A DNA stretch of 64,000 bases from a virus (IMGVR_UViG_3300044856_000241:32001-96000), one strand, 5' to 3'. Counted from the first letter of the stretch, positions 49,897 through 62,368 are shown. Notes: generated from the letters alone by a model not told the origin. A program made the numbers and translations.

Positions 49897-52501
49897 TCCT
49901 TTTACCTCCAACTTTTTTATTATTTACAGCCTTTCTTATAAGATCGACTGGAATAACCATAAATGCTAAAATTACAATCACTGCCCAATGTCTAAAATCT
50001 AAAGCAGTCAATTTTACAAGATTTTCTGCGAAGTTGCAAAGAATAATAGTCATTGCAAAAATTCCAATTGCAATTACCGAGAACAATTTATTCTTTCCAA
50101 TACCATGAAACAGATTCATATGCTCTGTGCGAATATTAAATCCATTAAATATAGCCATAAAACATAACAGAGCAAATCTTGCTGTCATAGCTTCTGTTTC
50201 AGTTGCAAACATATTTGCTACCGGACTGAATGTAATAATTCCATAAAGTACAATAAAAGCTACCATACTAATCGCAATACGTTTCTTTGCTCCTCTGATA
50301 AATAAACTAGAACCCTTTTTAATAGGCTTTTCTGTCATATATTCTTCTTTTGGTGGTTCTCCGCCAAATGATAATGAATTAAGTGAATCCATAATAATGT
50401 TTACAATCAGAATCTGAACAGATGCAAGCAACGCACCTGTTGCAATCATCGGATAAATAACACTAAGAATAAGAAGTGAAATATTAATTGGTAACTGGAA
50501 TTCAAGAAACATCATGATATTATGCATAAATGTTCGTCCAAGCTCTACTGCTTTTACAACACTTGCAAAGTTGTCATCTGTCAGTACAATATCAGAAGCT
50601 TCTTTTGCTACATCTGAACCACCCTGCATTCCAAATCCAACATCTGCTCTTTTTAGTGCCGGTGAATCATTTACCCCATCGCCAGTCATAGCAACTGATT
50701 TTCCAATATCTTGTGCTAATGTCACAAGTCTTAATTTTGTATTAGGTGAACATCTGGAAATAACTCTCAGTCGTGGAATGATGCTTTTTACTTCATCATC
50801 TGACATTGCTTCAAATTCATCATTCGTAAGTGCTAAATCTCCATCTTTATAAATTCCACATTCTGTAGCAACTGCAACGGCTGTCTCAATACAATCTCCT
50901 GTGATTTCGATAACCTGAATACCAGCTTCATGTGCTGTTTTTACTGCATCTGGTACTTCTTCTCTAATAGGATCTACAACTCCGATAATTCCAAGAAACG
51001 TCATATCATTTGGTAATTCATTCTCCACTAAATCACCGTCAGCCATAGTTAAAGCGATACATCTCATAGATTTCTTTGTCATTACTGTAATCGCATCATT
51101 CAATACACTGTAGTCACTATTTTCTACAACTTCACCATCTGAGTTCATCGCTTTAGTACAATGTTCGATCAGTTTTTCTGGTGCGCCCTTATAATATGTA
51201 ATTCCTTGTTTTAATGTAATAGCTGAATATTTATTACTACTATTAAATACCTGCTTTGTTTTAATCGTGAAAGCTTCTTGAGTTTGTGCATATCTTTTAA
51301 AACTTACAAGACTAAGTACGGCTCTATCAATTGAATTGCCACCTGTAATATTATTCTCTGAATCAAATGTTGCACTGTTGTTTAAACAAATATTGTCTTC
51401 AATATTACTCCAAAGAACTGAGTCTCTTTTCACTTCATTTCCAGACCCATCAATAATCTTCTTTGGTGTCATCACACCAGTCGTTAATGTACCTGTTTTA
51501 TCTGTGCAGATAATATCTACATATGCTAACTCTGGAATTTTGCCAGGATTCTTTGCCAGAATATTGAACTTTTCCATTGTCTTTACATTCTGTTTTGTTA
51601 CAAGTTTTACGATTAGCGGAAGACCTTCCGGTACAGCGGCTACAATAATTGTCAACGCAACTGAGAAGTTCTGCGCAATTTTCTGAATAATATCAAAAAC
51701 TCCACCACCAAAATATTCTCCAAAACCAGTCTGTACAATTCCAGAAACTGTTAATACTACAAATGTAATAACAGCTGCGATTGTTCCCCACTTAGAAATA
51801 AAATTACTTAAATTGTCAAGTGCAATATCAAGTGCTGTCTTTGGTGCTTCAAGAGTCTGCATTTTAATGAGTGTATCACCGTTGACTGTATTTACACCCA
51901 CATCGGTAACAATCATCTTTCCTTCACCAGACATTACAGTTGTACCAGCAAATAAGCAATTCTGATTTGTATAAGCATCTGTTGAAGTAGTTTTTACATA
52001 TTTATATCCTTCAACTGGTGTTTTCTTACACTCTTTTGTTTCTCCGTTGATAGCAGCGTTATTAACAGAAATCTTACCTTCAATAAGATAACCATCTGCA
52101 AAGATTTCTTGTCCCATTCCTACGCAAACAACATCACCAACCACTAATTCATCTTTGTTGATTGTCTGGACTTTACCATTTCGGATTACATCACAATACC
52201 TAACGGATGTTTTTGCTCTCAATTCTGCTGCTGACTTTTGAACTCCCAGTCCAGTCTTTACAGCAATACATGTTACGATTGCTAATACGACAAGAATCAT
52301 AATCGGATCTGATAAATCCATTACACCAAAGATTCCAAGGAACAACTGCAACACTGCAATTGCAATAAGAATCATTGTGATTTTCTCAGTTAACGCTTCT
52401 TTGGCAAAATCGTACCACTTGTTCAATTTTGGTTCAGGAAGTTTGTTACTTCCATGAAGTTCCCTGCTTTTAAGAACTTCTTTACTACTTAATCCATTCA
52501 T
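49886..52501 (-). CDS. P-type cation (Ca2+-like) transporting ATPase
   Basis: NGET, VPEGLP, DKTGTLT, KGAPE, TGD, GDGVND. Confidence 0.93.
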   Translation of the reverse strand: MNGLSSKEVLKSRELHGSNKLPEPKLNKWYDFAKEALTEKITMILIAIAVLQLFLGIFGVMDLSDPIMILVVLAIVTCIAVKTGLGVQKSAAELRAKTSVRYCDVIRNGKVQTINKDELVVGDVVCVGMGQEIFADGYLIEGKISVNNAAINGETKECKKTPVEGYKYVKTTSTDAYTNQNCLFAGTTVMSGEGKMIVTDVGVNTVNGDTLIKMQTLEAPKTALDIALDNLSNFISKWGTIAAVITFVVLTVSGIVQTGFGEYFGGGVFDIIQKIAQNFSVALTIIVAAVPEGLPLIVKLVTKQNVKTMEKFNILAKNPGKIPELAYVDIICTDKTGTLTTGVMTPKKIIDGSGNEVKRDSVLWSNIEDNICLNNSATFDSENNITGGNSIDRAVLSLVSFKRYAQTQEAFTIKTKQVFNSSNKYSAITLKQGITYYKGAPEKLIEHCTKAMNSDGEVVENSDYSVLNDAITVMTKKSMRCIALTMADGDLVENELPNDMTFLGIIGVVDPIREEVPDAVKTAHEAGIQVIEITGDCIETAVAVATECGIYKDGDLALTNDEFEAMSDDEVKSIIPRLRVISRCSPNTKLRLVTLAQDIGKSVAMTGDGVNDSPALKRADVGFGMQGGSDVAKEASDIVLTDDNFASVVKAVELGRTFMHNIMMFLEFQLPINISLLILSVIYPMIATGALLASVQILIVNIIMDSLNSLSFGGEPPKEEYMTEKPIKKGSSLFIRGAKKRIAISMVAFIVLYGIITFSPVANMFATETEAMTARFALLCFMAIFNGFNIRTEHMNLFHGIGKNKLFSVIAIGIFAMTIILCNFAENLVKLTALDFRHWAVIVILAFMVIPVDLIRKAVNNKKVGGKRNVN

Positions 52502-54461
52502 TTGTGCTCTCCTTTTTATTTTTATATGTTAATTGATTACATATCTATATTCTCTACTGTCTTTTGAAATATTCGTTTCATCAGTACTCAACAATCTGGC
52601 ACTCTACACTTTCATCAGCTTTCTCAATTGAATCATAACAAATGATAATTTCTGGATTCCAATTAGCTTCGTCTTTATTCGGACTTTTAATTCCACAAGC
52701 ACACCAGTTTGGTTTGATTTTGTCACACTGTTTGAGCAATTGTTTTAATGTAATGTCTTCCGGTGCTTCCGCTAGAAAAGCAATATCACAACCGTTCAGC
52801 CAGAATTTAATCGTGTCAGCCATTAACACCACCGGCTCCTTCCATATAATCTATTCTCTATTGATTCTTTCAAAGTATTAATAATCCACTCAACATTATT
52901 CTCATCTTCGAACCAAGTTTCAGTAATTTCTTCTAATGGCAAATTAATGCAGTCTAACTCTTCTCGTACTTTACTTCGTAAACCGTCTTTTACAATCTCT
53001 CTCAGCTCCTCATTAGAAACTGATTTTGCTGCTTCACGAAATCTATCAGCAATCGGTTTGAGTGAAATATAATCTTCTGTTTGTTTACTCATTTGTTTCC
53101 TCTTTTCTCATAGACAACACATACGGCGTGTTTTTGAACTTAAGTTGATATTCTCCGCTTTCACTATGGACTTCTTCTCCATATTTTTGGATGAACCAAT
53201 CAAATACAGCTCTTATTGCCATATCTGTTACATCTTCTTTTTCTCCAACCCATTCGTCATCCTTAAGCATTCCACAATAAATCGTTCCTGTGATTGGACT
53301 TACACCCATTGATTTTCCTGAATTATTGTTCATAATTCTTTATCCTTCAATCGCTTTTTCAAGTTCTTATTTTCTTCTTCCAAAACTTCAATTTTTTCTT
53401 CCAAGATGTCATTATGATTATCAACAACAGCTAATTCATCTTCTATATTAGATAGAGCATATTCCAAATCCACTAAGTTAGATTCCAACTCTTCATATTC
53501 TTCATCAGTGTGTTCTGGAATTATTTTTTCAATAATATCTGCAAGATCTGGATTATAATAGTCTCTAACAACAGAAACTACGTCGTCCAAATCTTGCACA
53601 GACAACCAAATATCATTCACAAGTATCATAGTTATGTATTCTCCTTCGGTTTTGTCATTCTTGAGAGATATCCTCTGATCAGAATTTCTTTCAAATCATC
53701 TCCATGAATACTGGTAATATCACAGAATACTCCAAGAATCTCTGTTTCTTCATGAGTCATCGCATGATAATTACAACTGTCTCCAACTTGATTATCACTC
53801 AATTGAATCTTATTGTCTGTAAACCAGTTGTTGATTAACGCGTTGATTAGCCTTTCTGTAACTATATAAGACATAATAATCTACTCCTTATTCTTGTTCC
53901 CATCAAACCACCAGTCACGAAAATTCTCGGCACACATATTTTTACATAATTTATCTGCACTGGCATTAACTTCTCTTCCTCTAATTTTAATTGATTCTTC
54001 TTTTATCGTAGTGTACTTATCTTCCATATCTAAGTTCACACCTTCAGTAATTATGTTCCAATTGCCTGTTCCTGTGAATACTGGTTGACGTTCTATATAG
54101 AACCATCTTTTGTATTTTTCTTTTGCTTCTTCATCATTTGTTGCATAAATATATTTCACATTTCGGAAAATACTATAATCGTCATTTTCTCTATTTTTCT
54201 TTAAAAATGCTGGTTTATTATAAATAAAACTTTGATGTGTGCCCACTTCAAAAAGTGGCATAATTATCACCTCTACTTCCTTTATAAAATGTCTCATTTA
54301 TCTGGTTACTTATTTATTCTCTTTTACAAAAACTTTTAATCCACTTCTTTGTGCTCTAAGGGTCGGAGCATAACCGTTTAAGAATTTCACACCACAAAAA
54401 CCAGTATTTGTATCATCAATACAGATATTAGTAATATCGTTGTCTTCATGTTCATATTTAT

Positions 54462-56018
54462 TTAAGATATGGGGGAAAATTCTCCGCAATTAATACTTTC
54501 ATATAATCTGTCTAAACCAGCCTCAAAAGCACCAATGCCTGAGAAGAAACTACCAAGTCGTAAATCTGTGAATAAATAAGGCATTGCCTTATATAATTCA
54601 ACTAATATGTAATAAAGCACATCAACAACAATTGAATTACCAGATTGTTTATATAACTGACTATTACTACATACTTTCTCAGCTGCATTAAAAGCTTCAT
54701 CAGAAAATCCCATAAGTCTGAAACATTCTCTCGGTGTAAGCTTACGAATCCTAATTGGTGATTCAATTTTGCATACTCCAGTTTCTGTAGCTGTCAATGT
54801 AGGACAAATATTTCCACCCTCTTGAACTCTTCCTCTTCTTGTCTTAGACTCAGGATAAGATAAATCTGCAACACCACCGATTTCACACTCAATATATCCT
54901 TTTTTAGTAGCTTGGCGGATTGCGATCTTACTACCCTCACCTTTATTTGTCGTGACAGTTGGGGCTAATCCGTCTGTATCAAAAACATTGCCATTCATTC
55001 CTTTGCCAGATGGATTAATATTACCTATGCATTCGAGAACAGCTGTCCCTTCAGATTTTCTATTAGAAATGCCTCTATCTTCTCTAGCAGTTATACAATT
55101 TGCATATTCAATTTGTTTTGTATCATTGTAATATTTATCAATGCCTTGTAAAATATGTGGTTGTCTGCCACCACCTTGCATAGTTGTTAATGTTGGTGAA
55201 ATATTATTTGTGTCCCACACACCACCTGCATAACCAGTCCCAAAGTCTGGTCTGTTTATATTTCCTACAAATTTAGGAGAATTCTCACCTTCATCCAATT
55301 TATCAATATATAAAGTTTTTAAAAACTTCTGTGTCTTTTCTTCTGATACATAAAATTTCTCATCGACTACATCTTCCAAAATATCTTTTAACCTAATTCC
55401 ATTATCAAATGGCTCTGGAAATTTAAACTGACCATTATCAAAATCTTTTTTAATAAAAATCAAGTAAACACGTTCACGATTTTGAGGGATTCCATAATTT
55501 TTGGCATTGAGCACTTTCCAATATACGTTATAACCATACTCCTCTAATTCATTTGTGAATAATTTAAAAGTTGTATCTTTGAATTGTTTTCCAACAATAT
55601 TTTTGACATTCTCATACATACCGAAGCTTGGTTTATTCGATCTAATTATTCTCAAATATTCTACAAGCAATGATGATCTTGTTTTCTCAATATTATTACT
55701 TCCACAGCAAGGACATTTATCTCGTTCTGACCAATGAACTGTTAACGGATTATATATTTCACCGCAATCTTTACACGTCCATACAGAACCCTTTTGTTTA
55801 CCAGCTACACTGAAATCCTGACACGGTGATCCTCCACACATCATTGTAAAATGCGGTAATCGAGATTCATCTACTTTTGTAATATCTCCAAGATTTAAAC
55901 TCTCATCTACATTGTGAATTGCACAATATGACGCTGTCGCATATTTATCAAATTCACAAAAATTTACCAGTTCCCATTTCTTTCCTAATGAATTTTCATT
56001 TTCAAGTCTTTCTTCCAA
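54462..56018 (-). CDS. Circularly permuted, probably multispecific DNA cytosine-C5 methyltransferase
   Basis: SPCQDFS, ENVKN, PQNRER, RKLTPREC, YKQSGNS; motif I FSGIG at the C-terminus. Confidence 0.88.
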   Translation of the reverse strand: MEERLENENSLGKKWELVNFCEFDKYATASYCAIHNVDESLNLGDITKVDESRLPHFTMMCGGSPCQDFSVAGKQKGSVWTCKDCGEIYNPLTVHWSERDKCPCCGSNNIEKTRSSLLVEYLRIIRSNKPSFGMYENVKNIVGKQFKDTTFKLFTNELEEYGYNVYWKVLNAKNYGIPQNRERVYLIFIKKDFDNGQFKFPEPFDNGIRLKDILEDVVDEKFYVSEEKTQKFLKTLYIDKLDEGENSPKFVGNINRPDFGTGYAGGVWDTNNISPTLTTMQGGGRQPHILQGIDKYYNDTKQIEYANCITAREDRGISNRKSEGTAVLECIGNINPSGKGMNGNVFDTDGLAPTVTTNKGEGSKIAIRQATKKGYIECEIGGVADLSYPESKTRRGRVQEGGNICPTLTATETGVCKIESPIRIRKLTPRECFRLMGFSDEAFNAAEKVCSNSQLYKQSGNSIVVDVLYYILVELYKAMPYLFTDLRLGSFFSGIGAFEAGLDRLYESINCGEFSPIS

Positions 56019-56105
56019 ATTCCTTTATTTATGGGGATTGCGCAATCTCTTTATCCTAGGTTTACCAATTTCCTTTCTTATTGATTTTTAAAAATGTGAA
56101 AATTA

Positions 56106-56124
56106 CTGGCACTGCAGCTGCCAG
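56106..56124 (-). terminator. Possible intrinsic terminator
   Basis: CTGGCA/TGCCAG hairpin followed by a T-rich tract on the minus strand. Confidence 0.4.
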
Positions 56125-59100
56125 AATAAAAATGAAATTTAATTTGAATTATTTAGATCAATATTGATATGCTAATAGATTGATATTTTCCACCCAATGA
56201 AAAACAAATTTCAGCTGACTATTTCTCCGTCAGTTCACTGACAAAACGATAAAATTCTTCTAATTTACTTTTTGGAATACTAACTTTCACATCTTTCCAA
56301 ACATCGAGACTGTCAAAATATTCTTTGATTTCTTTCTGCTCTGCTTCCCAGTCAATATTATTACTGCTATATAAATCCCTTAACGAATCTTCAAGATAGT
56401 CCCCATCGCATCTATTCCACCCACACTTTGCATATTCTTCATCTGTATTCCATTCACTTTGGATTTCAATGTCTCCGTGTGTGTCACTATATTTTCCATC
56501 TAACTCACCACAATATCCTCTTTCTGGGAAAATATCTTTAAGCTGTTCATATGAAGATTTCTTAATCCAGATATTATCTTCATAAGTTGCATTACTATAA
56601 TATGATTCTCCATATAAGCAAACATTTACTAATTCCATACTTACTTCTCTCCTTTATTCTCTTTCAGTGCTCCAATAGCTCTGAGTGTCTGTACTGCACA
56701 AATACGTGCAGAAATCGGATCTAAATTTGCTTTCTTAGCAAATTCGTCAATGAAACGATCCATACCTTTATAATAAGCATCTAAATTATAATTCTTTGAC
56801 ATAATTACTCATTTACCTCTTCAATTTTGAATTCCATATCATCATAACTTGCATCCTCAAGCGAATAATCATCCAGCTCAAAATCAAGATAATCAGTGTA
56901 TCCTTCATTTTTCAATTTATTTAAAGCATCCTCTTTTGACTCTGCTTCAATAATACCTTCTCTGTGACCATATCTCAGATACCCCATCACATACTCGGCA
57001 TCCTGTGTTACTCTAAATTTTTTCATCTAATATTCCTCCCTACATTTTCAATAATGCAGCAATGTCATCCAATTCTAGCTCTGTTTTCTTATCCTCGGAT
57101 AACAGTTTGTCCAGTTTTGCTTCCATAGCTTTTAATTCATTCTGTTTCTGTTTTATTTCATGAATCTCTAATTTTTTATTGATATCACTAATCCAATCAT
57201 CCAGACTGTATCCAGAAATTTTGAAATCAGTAATCTTCATATCAATTACTGCCATTTTGTATGTATACAGTTGAATTTTTAGAAATGTTAAAGACTCATC
57301 ATTTAATACATTCAGATTGTAAGTTGTCCCATCCAGTATAAGAATACAATTTGTCTCTGGAGAAAACTTTGTATTTTTCTCCATAAGTGCAGTTTTCTTC
57401 TCGTCAATCTGCTTTTTTAATTCTAAAATTCTGTCATCATTCTTACTCATCTTTCAACTGTCCTCTCTTCTTATATTCTCTGCCATTTTGCAAATACGTT
57501 TGAACATATTCTGGTTTCATTTTTTCAAAAATCTCCTCTAACGAAACTGGGATCATTTCCTTTTCTCCATATTTATTTGTTTCAAATGGAAAAATATCGC
57601 AAAATTTGTGGTTCCACATGCTTATTTTTTCATATATAACATATCCAGAACCCGTCTTACTTTTACGTATTTTATAATCCTTATATTCTCCTAGATATTT
57701 ACTTATAAAGAATCCATAGCCCCAATAATTAAAGTTATCTCTAAATCCATCAATTGTGTATGAAGCAATTTTATCTTTCGTTTTATCATATGGCGAATAC
57801 TCGGAATCTCCTTCCATTTTATAAAATAAATCAGCATAATTATCATTGCACTTATCATCTAAGCAATCAATAATCTTATTTTTAGGAAAAGATTTTTGAT
57901 GGAAAAAGTAACTACCATCATAGAACCAATAATGTTTACCTTGTGGCTGTGGATCATAATGTAAGCCACTATATGCATTAAATCGCCCCATATAAATCCA
58001 ATGTTCATTATCTTTTGTAAGATAAGTTTCACCAACTACAACGTCTTTTGCAGATATCATCTTATTCTCTTTTACTTTGTCACTATATGAAACCATCTCT
58101 TTATAATCTGGTGATTCTACAGGAATAAGCACTAAGTCCTTGCCGTCCCATCCATAGATAAGTTCACCCTCAATACCCTTTCCTTTGATACATGAAGTAT
58201 TCTCCAGAATATAAAGTAAATTTTCAATTGTAATTTCAAATTCAAATCCGCGCGGATCATACACGCGGCAATATGATTTTCTTACATCCCAACCCCAAGA
58301 GTTCTCAACTCCACCGGCATGTTTATTCAGAACAAAGCCTTCTGTTGGAATATTTTCAAATTCATCATTTGGAATATTTTCGTCTCTCCATCCATTCCAG
58401 GACTTCTCTTTTCGTAATACACCTTTTTCATCCCAGTAAATTACATAAGCCAGTTTTCCGGTATATGTATCTTGGCGTTGCTGATATCCGACATTTATTT
58501 TCTTCGGAATATATATCGCTGACTTCATTTATTTTTCACCTCTATTTAATTATTCTCTATAACTTTTATGAAATTTTGAGCGAACTGCTCATAAGATTTA
58601 ATACGGTTTCCGTCTGCATCCAAGATAATCCGGAAAGAAAGAAGTATCATATGTATCTACAAAATCATCATGACAAATTACACCATGCTCCAAATCGTTC
58701 ATCCAATTGATTAATTCATGCAATATATTATCAAACTGATCTGGTTCAGGATAATATACAAAACCAATGTCATAATCATCATGATCATGTAAAACTATTT
58801 GAATTGTATACTCTGTATCACCCCAGGCATTTTCTTTTTCTTTCCATGCTATAAGTGACATCCATGTACGACCACAAAATAGATCTGGTCTGTCAAAATG
58901 TATATCTGCTACGACTCGTAAAAATTCAACATTGAACTTTTTATGATACGAATGTCTAATTATCTGCATTTTATTTCTCCTGTAAATTCATAACATTCTT
59001 TCTTGTTCTCAAAAAATGCCAAAATTTGTTCTGCTCTTATGTATCTACGCTCCCTATTCTTGCACTTTACAACAAGAAGTTCAGATTCCAATATTGTATC

Positions 59101-59946
59101 TTCAATCCAGCCGTGCATGATTTTATTTATTCCTCGTTGCTCAAATGCGATCCATTTCCCAACAAATGTAGAATAATCTTTTTTAACAATATAGCCATGA
59201 CTTTCCAAATATTCTTTTGCAGAATTTATCCGCTGTTCATACGTTAATCCCATTTTATTTCCTCCAAATATTCTGCCAGAACTTCTGGATCTTCTCTCAT
59301 CTCCGGTGCTTTCAATCCATAAATTGCTACGACAATTTTTGCAATACATTTATTACATATTTCTTTTTTTGAAGATTTTATTCCGTACCAATTTACTTTT
59401 GGAGCATATTCCATATCTTCACGGCTAAAAATATTCGACATATCAGCAATATATGATTCTAATTGTGGTACAATGATTTTTCGTGTATAATCCAGTCTCC
59501 CACAAATAGCGCATTTATGTATCATTATTTCTCCTCCGATGGAAGCATGATTTTATCGGGGAAATCGACCTCGAAAACTCTTGATTTTACTACGTCCCAA
59601 GATTCCCACTTCCCAAAATCAAACATTTTAGGAACTAAACTTGAATAAATAAGCATTTTTTTCGTTTCTGTGTCAATATCAGAATCAATTACTAATCCAT
59701 GATTCTTACATCCACGAATACTTTCATTCGGCATAATTACTTTTAACTTGCTAAAGCTGGTAAAATCAATTATAAATGCGCCATAGTGGGTTTTATAATA
59801 TTTTGAAATATAGTACATGCGCATTGTTCTTAACAGAGTATCACATACAGCTTTAAAATGATCTTCTGAAGCAACATATACTCCACATCTGTAATTCTCC
59901 ATAGTAATACATAACTCAACTTGTTTTCTCAACGCTTCTTCTAGTG

Positions 59947-60552
59947 TCATACACTCACCTCCGACATAATTTCTGCCAACGTCCTCGGTGTATAATCCAT
60001 ATACGGCATCATACATCCAACGTTATAAGCTGCACATTTAATGTTATATACGTTATTTAGTTTTGAAATATAATCCTGGAAAATTGTTTGCTCATAAGAA
60101 TTATGAACATGCCCGTATAACTGAATCGCCCAGACTGTCTGTTTATCACCATCTCTTCGTAACTGATGCTGATGATTCCAGAACATAAACGGAAAATGAG
60201 ACAAGACTAAATGATATTCCTTACCGTTGATTCGATCTTTGATTTCTTTATAATCAACAATCTCTGTAAATAGCTGTCTATATCTCTGATCTTTACATCG
60301 ATCATGATTACCAAGAATTAGATGCTTATTTCCTCGCAATGTACTTACGAAAGTAATCGCATCTTCATTTTCTTTCCAGGATAAATCACCAAGGATATAA
60401 ACATGATCAGCATTTGTAACTGTATTATTCCAGTTCTTTTTTATTGTCTCATGCATCTGCTCCAAATTATCAAACGGACGGAAATCAAAATTACTGCCCG
60501 CTTTTGTTACATTCTTATGGAATAAATGCAAATCACTTATGTAATAATTCAT
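59947..60552 (-). CDS. Calcineurin-like metallophosphoesterase
   Basis: SDLH, LGD, GNHD, HFP, GHVH. Confidence 0.9.
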   Translation of the reverse strand: MNYYISDLHLFHKNVTKAGSNFDFRPFDNLEQMHETIKKNWNNTVTNADHVYILGDLSWKENEDAITFVSTLRGNKHLILGNHDRCKDQRYRQLFTEIVDYKEIKDRINGKEYHLVLSHFPFMFWNHQHQLRRDGDKQTVWAIQLYGHVHNSYEQTIFQDYISKLNNVYNIKCAAYNVGCMMPYMDYTPRTLAEIMSEVSV

Positions 60553-61431
60553 TTATTCTGTTGCCTCAATATAAACCAGTTCGTCAATATATTTCCTTCC
60601 ATCTCCTTTAAAGATTGGAATTTCCGTATCAATAATCCACTCGCGCTCTGATTTCTTTGGATTTCTAAGTTCACATGTTTCCTTTCCGTCCGCGGACACA
60701 CTTATAACACGGCGATTTCTGACGCAACAACTTCCTCTCTTGTATGAAGTTTTCAAATCATTCCAATTAATACCTTTTTGAGTCATCAGCATATCTTGAA
60801 TTTGATTACGCGTCTTATGCTGCAGTTCCTTGTGACTAAAATTAGCCTGCCCAACCATCTGAATAGAATTGCGTGTTGCGTCAAGCTGCCTCCAATATAA
60901 GCAGTTTGTTACTTCCTCTTTTGGAATATTGAAACACCGGCAATCGAACATTGCGCCTTTATCAACTGCTTTAGAATATGTTTCGCATATTTCGTATTCT
61001 GGTGTCCCCTTACCGTACCAACCATTAGTTTCATGTTCTATCGCATAATCCTGTTCGAGATTGTAAAAATTATTAGCGAAGAATTTATTAAATGCCATCG
61101 TAGCCATACTCGCTGCAATGCTGCAAAGTTTATCAACTCTATATTCGAAAAAACAATCCGAATTCAATTTCTCATAATCGACCAAAACTAATGTAATCTC
61201 ATCACTCTGCTGATATGAGCATTTGACATTCTGCATATTTTCACACAAATATTTTGCGGTTTCTTGCATTGCCTTAATAAATATTTCATCAAATGGTCTT
61301 TGAAACCCCCTTGTAAACGAGTGTCCAGACCTCATATCTAGCCGAAGAATTACCGGCATTCTACGCTGAAGATAATATCTATTTCTTCGTTCATAGTCTT
61401 TCATTCTTTTTGCCAAATCACTTGTATCCAT
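60553..61431 (-). CDS. tRNA(His) guanylyltransferase Thg1-like protein
   Basis: RMKDYE, RLD..S.H.FT, QSDEI, FDCR, WRQ.DA.RNS. Confidence 0.9.
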   Translation of the reverse strand: MDTSDLAKRMKDYERRNRYYLQRRMPVILRLDMRSGHSFTRGFQRPFDEIFIKAMQETAKYLCENMQNVKCSYQQSDEITLVLVDYEKLNSDCFFEYRVDKLCSIAASMATMAFNKFFANNFYNLEQDYAIEHETNGWYGKGTPEYEICETYSKAVDKGAMFDCRCFNIPKEEVTNCLYWRQLDATRNSIQMVGQANFSHKELQHKTRNQIQDMLMTQKGINWNDLKTSYKRGSCCVRNRRVISVSADGKETCELRNPKKSEREWIIDTEIPIFKGDGRKYIDELVYIEATE

Positions 61432-62368
61432 AGGGTATTATTCCTCACTTTCTTCCTCTGAAACAGATTTTTCAAACGGCTCAATATATTTCCATGCGAT
61501 AGGTTTTCCAAAATCCTGTTCAAGATACTCTTCGTCGATTGGATTAAACCAAACTTTTAATGTAAGATTTATGTAGGCAACAACTGGATTCTCATATTCT
61601 TCTGTAATAACTAAAACTTCATCAGAAAAAGTATGCCCATATGCATGATCTATTTCCGGCAAATCATCCGGATTTTCTCTCAAATCATGCCATCTATATT
61701 TATCAACTTCCTCCAATACTTCAATAGCTTCCTCAATGACATAATCCTCTTGCTCTGGAAATACATATCTCATACCATAAGCCCATGCAGGAGCACCGAC
61801 CATGCCGGCATAATCTTCCTTTGGATTTTGTAGACTTCTTAATAATTCAATCGTTTCCTTCAATTCCATTCTCTTCTTATTCATCTCCAACATCTGTTTC
61901 TTTTATATCCCAATCTAAATATTGTCCACACCAACTACAGTAATATGAACCATGCATTGTAAGATAAGCCCCGCATGTAGGACATGTCCCTTCCATGGTA
62001 TATGGATTACCATTTAAATCCTTAATTACTTTCTTATCTTCTACAGGCTTTGCAATCTGTTTGTCATACACTTCACAAAAATCTTCATCATCATTTCCAA
62101 TCAAACTTTCAAATTCGCTTAATCCACCAAGTGCAGCGTTAAACGCATCTCCACCTTCTTCTTCCTGTACATTATCTAATACATGTGCAGCGGCGATTCC
62201 ACAGTTAAAGTAAAAATCAGAATTATGCTTATATCCTGAAATTCTCTGCTCCATCTCTTCTAACGGTGTGACTTTATCTGTATTCCAACTATATGTAATC
62301 AATCGATCTGCTTCACGTACAAATCTTTCATAATAAATATCTGGGCATCCCATGTTTTTCACATCCTT

